Of a DNA stretch of 64,000 bases, positions 36,570 to 50,359 are shown one piece after another. The stretch's first letter is position 1. Each line of letters starts with the position of its first letter. This stretch comes from Lama glama. Its lineage: Eukaryota. The notes beneath the pieces were generated by a model. The model was not told where the DNA came from. It did no database searches and was given only the letters and a program-made list of their open reading frames with translations. The position numbers were made by a program, and so were the translations under genes. The DNA lies in contig CM052817.1 in the NCBI GenBank assembly GCA_028534125.1, positions 1,366,001 through 1,430,000 of the forward strand, in the 5' to 3' direction.

Positions 36570-38451
36570 GTAAGCGGCAGCAGCGGCGGCGGCGGCGGGC
36601 GGGGGCGGAGGCAGGGGCGGGCGGAGAGCGCGGTAACGGGCGCAGGGCGGGGGCCGCGGTCCGCTCGCGCCCTGACAGCCCCCCGCGGGGCCGGCGGGCC
36701 GGGGGTGGGAGGCGCCGCCGCCCCGCGCACGGAGCCGGGGCCGGGCTGCCGCGCGCCAGGTGCCGCATCTCCCGGGGAGCGGGGCGCCGCCGGCCCACCT
36801 GCGCGGCGCTGTCACGGACCCGGGGGTGGTGCCCTGTCGCCCGGCGCGGAGCTCGTCCTTGAGCTCCCTCCAGTGCGATTCCAGGATGAGCGTGAGTCAG
36901 GTGGCGAGCGGGGCTTCCCTCGCGGCGCCCACCTTCTCCGCGCCCTTGCGAATGATCTTTGAAAAGTGCCTCCTGGAAGTTTTCTCGGCCCTCTCCAGTA
37001 TGGTCGTTTGAAAGGTGCCTGACAGTCTTCCCGCGGTGGCGGCCCTGACCCCTCATTCCCTGCTTGTTAAAAGTTCTTAGGGGTGACTGGTGGTCTGGTA
37101 AAGCAGGCATATGTGCAGGGTTTGAACTTACGGAGTTTGAGTAGTAATTTTTTCCCGTTTTGCTTATGAAGGCAGCTAGCACACGCTGCCTCCGCCAGTT
37201 GTGGATTGCTGCCACTTTTATTCTGCTCTTGGTCGCAGCACTTTACAAGACAAGTCCTCGTACGTGGGTATGCAGTTGGCATTCGCTTCCACTCATTCAG
37301 TTGTCTCCTGAAAGATAACGGATTTTTTCACAAAAACTGTGTTGTTAAAAGTGTTAAATTAAGTTGTTTCAAAGATATTTGCAACAGTAACAACAAAAGT
37401 CTCCTCAGAAGTATTTATTTGTGTGCCATTTTGAGAGAAATTGTTTTATGCAAGATTCTAAATGTTATGTTGGAATGGTATGTAGTGAGAGCAGATGATA
37501 AATCATTGCATATGGCTTGGCTCTCCGATGCGTATACTATTATACGAATGTACAGTAATGTGTATGTGTTTTACTTGTAGCTTAAGGTATTTGGAGTGTT
37601 CTCTGGGTGATAATTGCAGTTGCTGGAGCTTTCTTTAGATTGTATTGTCAAATTTGTTTTGGATCCTGGGTCACAGCCTTGGACTCAGAGTTTCCAGAGG
37701 TTGCCCTTTTCCAGTGCCCTAGAGAGTGAAACAGGTGTAGTTCTTGGGATCCTTAGGTATTTTCATCGTTGGACTGTAAATTAAAGGCAGTGCTTACTGC
37801 TGCCCAGGAGGGGAGGGGAGGAGGTCTGCCTAAGCAAATCCTTTACAAAAATGTTGATAATATTTGCTATAGCTGGATGTGAAATATCTCCATTTCTGTT
37901 GATTAAATAAAGACATGTTGGTAGTACAGTAAAAATTCTTACACTAGCCTTTCATTCCATAATTTTAGATTTTAATAATTCTCAGTTTGCAATATTTAGC
38001 TAAAATAACCTGTTAGTTAGTATTCTAATCGCACTTTGCAAACTCAGATAACCGTATGCCTAGTACTATTTTTGATAGGACTGTCTTATTCTGTTAAACT
38101 TACCAATCTAGGTTTTTGACCAGGCCCCACTATAATAAATGAGACACATTAAGACTTGCAGTGCCTGCTCACCCTGCACACACACAGGGCGTTTTACAAA
38201 ATGATGCTGCAGTGCTTTTTGTTCTTTTCTGTTCCCTTCATTTTCATTAGCAAAATGCTGGTTGTAGTGTACAGTTATTTCATTATGTACTATTGAGTTG
38301 TGACCTACACCTTTAAAACCATACTTTTTTTTAAATTATATTTTAAAGTTTAAAGCTATGTCTTTAGTTTTAAATTTTCTTCACAAGTATTTTAATAATA
38401 GTGCACTAAAGATACAGTAACAGGGTAACAGCAATCACAAAAGTTCTTTAA

Positions 38452-39007
38452 AAATTTTTTTTAAAACTGAAGTATAGTTGATTAACAATGTTATGTTAGA
38501 TTCTGGGGTACAGCATTGTGATTCAGTTATACATATATATTCTTTTTCATTGTAAGTTATCACAGGCTGTTGAATATCCTTCTCTGTGCTGTACAATAAG
38601 ACTTTGTTGTTTATCTGTTTTTGTATACAGCAGTTTGTATCTGCTAATCCCAAACTCCTAATTTGTCCCTCCCCACCTTCCTTTCCCCTTTGGTAACCGT
38701 AAGTTTGTTTTCTATGTCTGTGAGTATGTTTCTGTTTTCTAAATAAGTTCATTTGTGTCTTTTTTTTTTTTTTAGATTCCACATATAAGTGACGTCATAT
38801 AATATTTGTCTTTCTTTGTCTGACTTGCTTCACTCATTGAAGTAAGTATGATAATCTCTAGGTCCATCTATGTTCCTGCAAATGGCATTATTTTATTCTT
38901 TTTAATAGCTGAGTAGTATTCCATTGTATCTAGATAACCACATCTCCTTTATCCAGTCATCTGTCAGTGGACATTTAGGTTGCTTCCATGTCTTGGCTAT
39001 GGTAAAT
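38452..39007 (-). mobile_element. 5'-truncated L1 3' end with TSD
   Basis: Well-preserved antisense L1 3'UTR; TSD AGCAATCACAAAA at 38430-38442 and 39008-39020. Confidence 0.92.
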
Positions 39008-40729
39008 AGCAATCACAAAAATTTTTAATGTAATTCTAAAATCTCTGAATTGTTTCCTCACAGATGGTGAGTTCTTTGGGACGCTTTACCTGCTACAGAA
39101 CAGTGTTTGTCAACAAGTAACAGGGACTGGCCCTGCGTTTCCCAGAGAGACTTATGATTCTTGGGGCACCTTCCCTCCATTTCATGTAGGGTCACCAGGG
39201 AGAAGGTGTCTAAGAAAGAAGAGTGGAAGGACTGTCTTGATTCTCAGGAGCGGTCTTACCCCCACTGCCCAGTGTGCTGGGCACAGCCTGAGCATCAGAC
39301 CTGGGAGCATCTTCAGCAAGGTGGCTGCTGAGGCAAAGAAGGCGTTTCTGCACAGAGGTGGTTCTACAAACAAATGAGGACCGTAGGATATGTAGGAAAG
39401 CACAGTGTAGCTTGTAGCGGCTTTGGCCCGCAGCAGAATTTTGGTGTTCAGAGATTGGGGGGTGTAAGCTTGATAGGCTCTGTGCCCTCAGGTACAACCT
39501 TGCACAGCCTTAGTTTTCTGGGTGGCGTGGCACCCAGCGCCTAGGGCCGTGGTAAGAATGCAGCAGGTAGAGCCTGGAAGAGCTTACACTGTGCCTAGTG
39601 GCACACAGTGCTGTGCATGTACATGGTCGGTGGTTTCGGGAGTCTGGCCGGCTTTCTTTGTTAGGGACTCTGCTGCAGGACAGTGTCAGTGACACCGTTT
39701 CCACTGGCGGGGAGCGGGGAGCAGTGACCATGTGCGTGTTGGACGCAGCCCGCTCTAGCAGCCGTGTGTGGTGTCTGCTCTAACGTGACCGTGAAGGGTT
39801 AGCCCCAAAATGAAAAGTTGATAGGTGAAGGCCATCGAGAATGCATCTTGCTATTTTGCATTTCTATTTTAAAATGTAATTTTCATAATTCATGGTGTAT
39901 TAAGTGAAGAAAGAAGCTTATAAAATAGAAAAGTGTTTGCAGTGAGGATCCATTTTTGTAAAGCATCTGCATGTATATCTACTTGCATAGGAAAGTCTGA
40001 CAGGGTATATGTCAAAATAATTTGTGTTAGAAACTCTGATGACTTTCTTTTTCCCTTTTTTGTGCATGCCTCAAGCTTTAAGACTTTACTACAATGAACA
40101 CTACATATGGAGCAAGAAGGCGAATGGTACTTTTACAACCTGATATTACCAACGACTCTTCTTTTTCAAATTTTGGCTTTTCCCATCCTTTAACAGTTAA
40201 GCATCTAGATATTTACACAAAATAAAAATACTTATACCATCAGAATTCTGTATTTGAATAAGTGCGCAAAATCAAGTCATGTATATGTTATTCACCAAAA
40301 TTGCTGTATAGTGGAAATTGTCCTGTGTCATTAGCTGTAGGGATATCAAATTACATAAAATTTACACTCATGGAGGGATCAAATGGAAATTTAGGGCTAT
40401 TTTTGTAATGCTGTTAGAGGTTTATAAAAGGAAGCTATTTGGGATAGGGATCAAAGTGCATTTTCAAACAGTGATTTTACAGTTTTAAAGTCAGAGAAAT
40501 GGACAGTGTAGGGGGCATTTGTAATAACATAAATCCTGTTTCATTGCTGAGGTGGCAAGGAGGAGGTGACGTCAGTGGTGTTTAAAGGCCATCATACAGG
40601 ATACCCTGTGGTCAATGGTGTGATTTGGATCTTGGGGTATGCAGGGTGCACTTAGCGGCCTTCGCCGTGTTGTAGAAATCACTGCCATGGTGAAATGAGG
40701 TTCAGGAGTCATAACTCTCTACTTCACAT

Positions 40730-43700
40730 TTACCTCAGTGACTGAGGGAGTAGGCTGAGTAAAAATCTAGAGCCTTCTGTGATTTCGCTGAGATTATCAG
40801 TGTCGTGCAGGTGCGTGAGCATCTCTGTGATGCAGTCCTTCATGTGTACCCCACATAACCAGTCTTTCAGCATGCAGAACACAGGCAAAGCGTCTCCCCG
40901 TGTCCTCACCCCACTGCTGTTCTCATGCATTTTGCCTGGTTTTGAACTTCACGTAAAAGTGCTTTCTGCTAGTGCTGTTTGGCTCAACGTTATATCTAAG
41001 ATGCTTCGGTGTTGTTGATGTAGCAATTCATCCTTCTTTTTCACGGCAGGCAGTTTTCCATTGTGTGAATATTCCACCACTTACCCATTCTACTATTGAC
41101 GGACATTTGCGTTATTTTATTTTATGGCTGATATGAATCAAGCTGGTGTGCACATTCCTGTATGGGATTTTTGGTGGATAAGAGTACTCACTTTCACTGA
41201 GTGTATACCTGAAGTGGAATTGCTAAGTATACCTGTGGCTTGACTTTACTAGATACTGCCAGAGAGTTTTTCTCAGAGGTTTTCTTACGTGCTAACTTAA
41301 AAATCAACATGTAGTAAAGTTTGTATTTTTTAATGTACCATTATTTTGATTTTTAACGCATATGTAGATTCATGTATTCACTGTCACAGGATTCAGAGCA
41401 ATTTCATTACCCACAAAAGCTCCCTCATGCTCTTCCTATACAAGAACACTCCCCCACCCCTAAACTCTGGACAGCCAGTACTTTGTTACTACGATTTTGT
41501 CTTTTGAAGCAGTCATATAAATGGAATCATACAGTATGTAGCTTTTTGAGCCTGATTCCTTTCACTCAGCATAATCATTTTGAGATTCATCCAAGTTGCT
41601 TCACATATTAGTAGTTTGTTCCTTTTTACTGCCAAGTAGTGTTCCATTGAATGGGTGTACCACAGTTCATCCATTCTCTCTTTAGTGGACATTGGGGTTT
41701 TTTCAGGTTTTGATGACATAAGTAAAGCCACTATAAGCATTTGTGTACAAGTTTTTGTGTGAAGGTAAATTTTCATTTCCTTAGGATAAATACCAAGGAG
41801 TGGGAGCAGAGTCATGTGATAACATTATAAGAAACTGCAAACCTGTTTTCCAGAGTGGCTGTACCATTTTTTTGACTTCCCATCAGCAGTGTGTGAGAGT
41901 TCACTTGACCTACATCCGTGGTAGCACTTGACATTGTCAGTAATTTTATTTTAACCATTTTGATAAATGAGTGTGTAGTGGCGTTCTGGTTTTAATTTGC
42001 ATTTCCCCAGTGACTACTGACACTGAACACTTTTCATTTCTTTATTTGTCATTCTTGTATCCTCTTGGGTAAACTTTATTTAAGAGTTTTTTTTTTTAAT
42101 TTTGGGGGGAAGTAATTAGGTTTTATTCTATTTATTTATTTATTTAATTTTAATGAAAGTACTGGGATTTGAACCCAGGATCTCAGTGCTCTGCCACTGA
42201 GCTATGCCATCCCCCCAAGAATTTGCTTATTTTTGATTGAATTGTTTATTTTCTTTGAGTTTTGATAGTTCTTTGTAATTCTTGATATGAGTCCTGTATC
42301 AGGATATGTGATTAACAAACATTTTCTTATAGTCTGTAGCTTGTCTTACTCTATTAACTGTTTTTTGCAAAAAGAAAAGTATTTTGATGTAGTTCAGCTT
42401 ACCAATTTTTTTCTTCTATGGATCATACTTTTTCGTGTCATGTCTAAGAACTCTTTGTTTTATAAAACCTCAGGTTATAAGGATATTTTTCCTATTTTTT
42501 TTCCTAAAAATGTCATAATTTTACATTTAGATCTGTGATTTTCATTTTAGTTAATTTTGTATAAGGTATCAGATTCTGGTAGGGATTCCCCTCCCCCCAC
42601 GCATGGATGTCAGGTTGCTTCAAACCCATTTGTTGAAAGGATATCCTTTCTCCATTGAACTGACTTTTCACTTCTGTCAAAAATCAGTTGACCTTATTTG
42701 TGTAGGTTATTTCTGGACTGTGTTCTGTTCTGGTCTGTTGATCTATGGGTCTCTCCCGTTGTCCATACCACACTGTCTTGATTACTGTAAGTCTTAAAAT
42801 TGGCAAGGTGATTCCTCCAACCAAAAAAGAAATGTTTTTGCTATTTCATTTTGCTTTTATAGTTGTTTTGCTTTTGCAGACATTTTAGAATCAGCTTGTC
42901 TGTGTCTTACAGGTAATTCTATTGGGATTTGATTGGAATAGCCTTAAATCTGTAGATCAGTTAGGGGGAAAATTGATGTACTTACTGTGTTGAATCTTCC
43001 AAACTGTGAACATGGTATATGTTTCTATTTATTTGGTCATCTTTGATTTCTTTCTTTTTTAAATTGAGATAGAATTGATATATAGTACATCTTTGATTTC
43101 TTTCATCTGTGTTTTGTATGTTTTCAGCATACAGATCCTGTACCATGTTTTGTTAGATTTATAAAGTATTTTATTTTTTTCAAATTTTGTAAAAAATGGT
43201 GTTTTTAAGAATTTCAGTTTCTATTTATTCATTGCTGATATATAGAAATATGATTAATTTTTATGTATTCAACTAATGTCTGTTGATTTTACTAAAATCA
43301 TACATTCTGGGAATTTTTTGTGGTTTTATTGGGAATTTCTGTGTAGATAATCATGTTCTCTGTGAACAGTGAATTTTTTGGTTTGTTTTTCATTCTGTAT
43401 GCCTTTTATTTCTTTTTCTTTCTTTATTGCACTTGATAGGGCTTTTAGTACAATTTCTTTGTTTCTGATTTTAGGGGGAAAGCGTTCAGTCTTTCACCAT
43501 AAAGAGTGATGTCTACTGTGGATTTTTTGAGTTGCCCATTATCATGTTGAGGAAGTTTTTCTTCCTTTATTAGTTTGCTGAGAGTTTTATCAGTGGATGT
43601 TAAAGTTGTGAAGTATTTTTTGAATCAATTGATATGACCATGTGTTTTTTTCTTCTTTAGACTGTTAATGTGGTAGATCATATTATTGATTTTTGAATAC

Positions 43701-45010
43701 TGGACCAGCTTTGCATTCCTGGAATAAACCCTGCTAGATCATGATATATTACTCTTTTTGAAATAATTGCTGGTTTCATTGTACTGATATTTTGTTGAGC
43801 GTTGTTGCATCTGTTTTTATGGGATATATGTCAGTAGTTTTCTTGTATTGTCCTTGCCTGATTTTGGTATCAGTATAGTGCTGGCCTCATAAAGCAAGTT
43901 AACAATTGTTGCCTTCTATTTTAGTAGTTTGTGCTTTTCAAGGAATTGGTCCATTTCATTTTAGTTGTTGAATTTATGTGTGTAAAATTGTCTGTAGTCC
44001 GTCTTTATTATCCTTTTAATATCTGTGAGGGTCTGTGTCCCCTCTTTCACTCCTGATATTGTCAGTTTGTCTTCTCTCTTTTCTGCCAGTCTTAATAGGG
44101 GTTCCTTAAGTTTTTAATCTTTTTAAAGAACCACCTTTTAGTTTTATTGATTTTTTCCCCTATTGTTTTGATTTGTTTTTTTTTTTAAACACCCTTTACC
44201 GTATTGCTTGCTTTGGGTTTATTTTGATTTTTAATTTTTCTGATTTGTTAGAGTAGAACCTTAGGTTATTGATTTGAGGCCATTTTTCTTCCCTAACACA
44301 CATATTTAGTGCTATAAACATCACATACTTCAGCATCATCCCACAAATTTTGGTATATTGTACTTTCATTTTCATTCACTTTAAAATATTTTCTAATTTC
44401 CCTTAAATCTTCCTCTTTGCTTCACAGATTATTAAGATGTTGTTTAATTTGCTGTTTTCACATTACTGTGTCCTAGTCTGATCCCAGTATGGTCAGAGAA
44501 CATCCTTTTATGATTCTTAATTCTTCGAAAAATTTTAAGGTTTTGTGGTCTATCTTAGCATCTATTATTTATGCACTGAGACATGTATATTTTGTTATTA
44601 CTGAGTGGAGTTCTCTTGAATGTCAGATTATTTTGTTTAATTCTAAACTTTTGCTGATTGTTTACTAGTTTCATCAGTTGCTGAGAGAGGAGGGTTGAAG
44701 TCTGTTACTAAAATTGTGGATTTATTGAGTTCCCCCCACAGTTTGTTTAGTTTCTGTTTCATGTATTTTGAAGCTCTTTTGTTTGGCTTGGATACATTTA
44801 TGATTGTCATGTCTTTCTGGTGAATTGACCGTATTTTGTCAGTTAAGTTACGTTCCTCTTATCCCTGGCGGTTTTCTTGGCTGTGAATTCTGCTTTGTCT
44901 GATGCTCACATGGCCATTCCAGCTTTCTTCTACTTGATATTTTCATGGTAAATCTTCTTCTATTCTGTTACCTTTAACCTACCTTTACTTTGAACTGGGT
45001 TTCTTATACA
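40730..45010 (-). mobile_element. Cluster of old L1 elements (3'UTR and ORF2 remnants)
   Basis: Minus-strand translation LLGIYPKEMKIYLHTKTCTQMLIVAL matches the ORF2 C-terminus; continuous T-rich antisense ORF2 motifs. Confidence 0.9.
42087..42216 (-). mobile_element. tRNA-derived SINE (Vic-1-like, internally deleted) nested in L1
   Basis: Minus strand reads ATAGCTCAGTGGCAGAGCACTGAGATCCTGGGTTCAAATCCCAGTAC; flanks AAGAGTTT / AAGAATTT. Confidence 0.85.
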
Positions 45011-45539
45011 CAGCTGCTAGATTAATTTTCATTAATCACATATTCATATTTTCACCTTTATTTATAATGCACGTGTGAAATGTGCTTATTAACTTGAGGC
45101 CTGTTTTCCTGACTTGATTACTGATTGAGTTCTATTTGGTGCTCGTGTGGGATGCTTCTGTGCAGTGTGTAGCTCTCTCTGTTGGACTTTTTTAACCCTG
45201 CAGGCTTTCTGAACTCATTTGCTAGAATACTCTAGCGTGAAGACACGAGGTGACTTTATTTTTGAGATAGTATAACCAGAATGAGCTGAAATCAAATAAT
45301 TTGTATCTCATGGGCTTCCAAACATTTTTTTTAACTGTATAAGTGAATGTTAGTTTCTAGATTACCTTAAAGTAATTCCAGTAACGTTTGTGGCATTGAA
45401 TTACCACATTTTCTATGGAAATTGGCTTTTTTCATGCATAGAACGCAAAGAACATTTTTCTGTTGAGTACTTTGAGGACATTAGTTACATCTTGAAACTC
45501 AATGAGAAGTTGGGAAATTTAACTTCTTATGGCCCAGGT

Positions 45540-45810
45540 TTTTTTTTTTTTAATAAACTTTTTATTTTGGAATAATTTTAGACTTACAGAAAGTTACCAA
45601 GTTAGTATAAAGAGTTCCCATATTTTCTTCAGCCACCTTTCCCTAATGTTGATGTATTACTTAACCTTGGTATATTTGTCAAAACTAAGAAATTTAAATC
45701 GGTATGGTATTATTTAACCACAGGCTTTTTTGGGATTTCACTGATTTTTCCACAATTATCCAATTTCTGTTTCTGGATTGAATCTAGGACAATACATTGC
45801 ATTTAGTGGC
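45540..45810 (-). mobile_element. L1MC-like 3' end fragment
   Basis: TTTATTTTGGAATAATTTTAGACTTACAGAAAGTT..AGAGTTCCCATA..ACATTGCATTTAGT, preceded by a T tract. Confidence 0.75.
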
Positions 45811-48800
45811 CCAGAATTTCAATTTTAGTTAATTTTAGTTGCATCACCTGTGAAATGGGAATGTTAATTTTCATTTTCCTCAAGAAAGCCCTCAAAAGCT
45901 AATTAATATTTATGTGTACAGCATGGTAGTAATATTGTGTTCATGCTGAAATTCAGGGAAGTTGTTTACTATTTAATGGTTTGCTGCAACCTAGTTATTT
46001 CCTCTGGAAATGCTGGCGGTTATTCCACTGTGATGAAGTAGCCCAGCTGCTCTCTGCAGGTCCCTGCTGAGCTCTCAGCCCCTTAGAGGCTGCTGGCGGG
46101 GTGACTGCCGCTGCGAGTGCATCTCTAGCTGAAGGCCAGGACAGCTTAGAGAAGGGAGTCACCAGCCTCTTGCCAAAGCTGTCTGGTTGCCTTCGAGAAA
46201 GGAGTTCCGTAGGTGAATTCTTGACGGTGCTTGCAATATTGTTGCTGTTTTCTGTTGAAAAGCATAGAAGGTAACATCACGCACTAAGTGGCTTAAATTG
46301 TAGCTACTATCAATATTCTCTCTTCCTCTAAAAGGATAGTGGGTCAGTTGTATCTCAGTTGTGTTTTTTTTTTAAATAGTAGGAAAGTTGGCTCTGTCAA
46401 CAGTTACTCCAGTTACATGCCTCTCTGCACACCGTGAGTGGCCTGTTCTTGGTGTGTTTGCACATTTGCAGATGTCCACACCGGTGTCCCAGTTGGGATG
46501 CTGGGATTGGCAAATCACAGACCCACAGAACTTCAGAACTGGACCGGACAACCGGAGAACGTGTATTTACTGCTGAGACAGGATTTACTTGCTGAGGAAA
46601 CTGAGACCCAAAGAGTTGAGTTTGAAAAATTACTGATTGTCCTAGTCAGTGTCCCCTCTTGCTCCTCTCAGCTCCTGGTGGCATTTCTGCCTGAGATGTG
46701 GAGACCCTCCTGTCCTAGTCTTCCCTGTTCTCAGCCCAGCCCTAGCCTCCTCTCTCGGAGCCAGCCTTGTGAGCGCCCGCTGCCGCTGCTTTTTTCCTTC
46801 TCGTAGGTCTGCCTGCCCGCCTCGGCAGCTGGGAGCCTTCACCCTTCCTTGATGACACCTTCGCTTGTCCTTCCCACTTCACCTTGTGCGCCATACTCTG
46901 GCCCAGTGGCCGGCTTCTCATCCTTCTTGCTCTTAGCTGACTTCCTTCTGCTCTGTTGTCCCGCTGCTGTCGCCCCCTTGCCTGGTGCTGTAGCATCCAC
47001 ATTGTCGTGCTCACGTGGTGTGGCCTGCACAGCGCGACTGGGCTGCGTCCTCCTCGCCTCTGTGCCTTTGCTGGGTCTTGTCCTGCGCAGTGTTTCTCTC
47101 CCTTCTTTGTCCAGTTAACTTGAGGTTTCTCTCCAAGAGGAGGTCAGGTGCTGTCCTGATGGGAGGCGTTGCCTTCACCAGTCTAGGCTGGGCTGTTGCT
47201 CCTGTCTGGGCTCCCTTGGTGCCTGCCCTCCGCTTGGCCCTGGCCCTTAGACTGGATCCCTGGAGTGTTTTCTCTAAGCCATGCTCTGGTTTCCTCGGCA
47301 CACAGTACCTGCTCCAAAAACATTGCTCTGGGGTCCAGGCCAGTTGACGTGAGCTCCTGCAGTTCTGCCCTCCTCCCCTTTTTTCTGAAGGCTGTTGTCT
47401 TTGTCTTCTAATTTGGAAGAAAACATTTGTCCCCTTTTCCAAAGTTAATCCTATACTCTAGAGGTTCATAACTGGTAGATATTAGTGAGCTTGTTAATCT
47501 GTGGAAACTGACTGCAAAATTTGTCTATGATTATGTGACCTCAGGGTCTTCAAAGGCTCTTCTGAACCTGTCCATTCTTTCTCTCCTGGCTCTTGAATCT
47601 TTCCTCCTCTATTGGGTTACTTTCCTTAACATTCAGATTTTGAGTTTCCTATTTTCCCTTTGCTGTCAGTCCATTTCTAGACTTTGCTTAACCATTTAAG
47701 GCAAGTTTCTATCTGACTCCCATTGCAAGCAAAATAACTTGAAATACTGGTTAATAATACTGGTGAATACTGCTTGCTTCTGCTTCCTTCATCCTCAGTT
47801 CCTGTTTTGCTCCCTTAAGCAGCTTTTTCATTTACCACTTTAATCAGTCTTCCCAGAGATCCTGAAATGATCGGACTCTTACCAAATCCAGTAGTTGTTT
47901 TTCAGTCCTGATATCCTTCGAGCTTGTTGCATGTGACCTTAATTATAAGTGCTTTTCTGGGACCCTCTTTTGCCTTCCTTTATGGCACAGTCCTTCTCCT
48001 GGCTTTGGCGAGCTTCCTTATTCCTACACATAACAACACTTACCTCGATGCAGGTAAGTCCATGTCCAGTTCTTCCTCTCAAGCTCAGACTTACACTTTA
48101 CATTTTTTACCATGTGTTGTTAGAGATTTCTGGTCATAGTTAGAAACTCAAATGGTTGATCAGTAAGTCTCTAACACCGTGGTTGTACTTGCTAGAATGA
48201 TGGTTGAGGCCTGTTTTCCACTCACGTCTGGCGAGTGGACTCACCTTGTCCATGCTTAGACAGAGTAGTGCTTGGGTGTTACTGGTTTGTTTGCTAGAAA
48301 GTTTATCAAAATAAGCTTTTGTCTAAAGCTCTCAGGCAGCTGCGTGTGGCTGTGCAGTGGGCACCTGTCAGGCAGGAAGACTGTGCTAGCTGCTCTTGAA
48401 GGGCTTTTCCAACTTGGTGGGCCTCTGATTGTCACTGCTTTGGTCACACACTTTCAGGGACTTTCCATGGTCTGCTGCAGGGGCTTCTAACAACCGTGTG
48501 GTGTGCTGCAGGGGCACAGTAGGATAGCTAAGGTGCTCTCTTGTGATGCACGAAGAACGTGTCAGTCCTTATATTTTCAGATAAGACATTACACTTTACA
48601 GATGTTTAGTATGTGGATCAAGCCTGACACCCTCACTTGATCTGTGTGTCAGAGTCATGAGTCTTGCATGATTCCTGAGATATCTTGAGGCAAGAGAGGA
48701 CATTTGTTCACTTACAGAGCATTGAAGCTTATGACAGTTAGTGAGTGCTCATTAAGTACATTCATGAATTCTGCTGTCTAATTTTAATTAATCTGATCCT

Positions 48801-49232
48801 CACAAAATAGGCAGTCTTAAGAGAAACCCTGGATTGAAGATAATGCTGATAATGAAAACGAATGAAACAACAAGGAAAGTGATGGAAGAGCCACCTTCCT
48901 GCGTGAGTTCTTTGTTAAGGACGCAGTGAGGCTAAGGAAATGATCTAAGCAGAACCAAGAATTGACTCAAAGGTTGTTTGAAGTGTGGAGTTATATCCAC
49001 TTTTATTAATGGCTAACCATGTCCAAAGTGGTTATCTTGTCTTGAGATGTTAGAGAAGGAAAGTATGTAGCCTTCACAGCCAGCAAAATGTTTATAAACT
49101 AAGCATCCAGAAGAGGAATAACACTTGTGCATTTTGTAGCCATGTGTATAAGTCATACATTACTCAGTCTAGTGCTTTATAAAATTTCATTAAGCTTAAA
49201 GATGAACTCCTCCTGAGGAAATTTACATTTCT

Positions 49233-49985
49233 GTAACAATGCTGGAGAGGGTGTGGAGAAAAGGGAACCCTTCTACACTGTTGGTGGGAATGTAAATTGG
49301 TTCGACCACTATGGAAAACAGTATGGAGTCACCTTTAAAAAACTAAAAATAGAGTTGCCATATGATCCAGCAGTCCCACTCCTGGGCATATATCCAGAAA
49401 AGACTACAATTTGAAAAAATACGTGCATCCCAGTGTTCATAGCAGCACCATTTACAATAGCCAAGACATGGAAGCAAACAAAGGGCCCATCAGCAGATGA
49501 ATAGATTAAGAAGTTGTGGTATGTGTATACAATGAAATACAACTCAGCCATAAAAAGAATGAAATAATGCCATTTGCAGCCACATGGATGGACCTAGAGA
49601 TGATCATGGTGAGTGAAGTCAGTCAGAAAGAGAAAGACAAATACCATATGCTGTCACTCATATGTGGAATCTTAAAAATGAGACAAATGAATTATTTTCA
49701 CAACAGAAACAGACTCTGACATAGAAAGCAAACTTGTGGTTACCAAAGGGAAAAGAGGGGCAGGGAGGTATAAATTAGGAGTTTGGGATTAGCAGATACA
49801 AACTACTGTATAATAAAACAGATAATCAACAAGGTCCTGCTGTATAGCACAGGGAACTATATTCAATATCCTGTAATAAACCATAACGGAAAAGAATATA
49901 TGTGTATATATTATGAATCACTATGCTGTACACCAGAAACTAACACGTTGTAAATCAACTATACTTAAATTTTAAAAAAAGCAAT
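49233..49985 (+). mobile_element. 5'-truncated L1 3' end
   Basis: ATGCTGGAGAGGGTGTGGAGAAAAGGGAACCC..AAGAATGAAATAATGCCATTTGCAGC..GTAAATCAACTATACTT plus an A tail. Confidence 0.93.
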
Positions 49986-50359
49986 TCAGAAAGAAGAGCA
50001 GATACAGTTAAAAACAACGACAATCAAAAAAAAAACACTTATAGTTCTATAAGGTTCAGGGCAGAAGCAACTTCAACTAATTTGCACAGACAGACATTTA
50101 ATCTAGCGAAGCAGGAACATACAAAGCTTTGGAAAGGGCTGGTGGAGCAGGGTCTCTAGGCTGGGCTTCCAAGAATGACTTCCAGGACAGAAGTACAGTA
50201 CTCAATGTGGAGCTGGTCAAGCCAGGCCACAGCATCTGCAGTACTTCCTAACACTGAAAGACAACGTCCACATACCACTGGGGAAACCCAGCTCTGCCAG
50301 CTAGGGGTGAGGGAGTAGGCAAAAAGGCTGAAGTTCAAGGGAAACAACACAGCAGCAAA

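Larger units (their letters stand above)
35080..36950. promoter_or_regulatory. FAM193A: CpG island / promoter of FAM193A
   Basis: Very high GC and CpG density with GC boxes, spanning the first coding exon. Confidence 0.93.

Noticed and set aside
36570..36962. FAM193A ORF continuing to the stop at 36962 as a single-exon protein
   Set aside because: A strong GAG|GTAAGC donor at 36569/36570 marks the exon end; the continuation is GC-rich intron.
37170..37191. Hairpin AGGCAGC-N8-GCTGCCT
   Set aside because: A 7-bp stem is expected by chance in 64 kb and is too short for a pre-miRNA.
35934..37215. Long ORFs in the CpG island (372 and 293 aa on the minus strand, 248 aa on the plus strand)
   Set aside because: Low-complexity Arg/Ala/Gly/Pro translations expected in very GC-rich DNA; they overlap the real FAM193A exon and show no recognisable domain.
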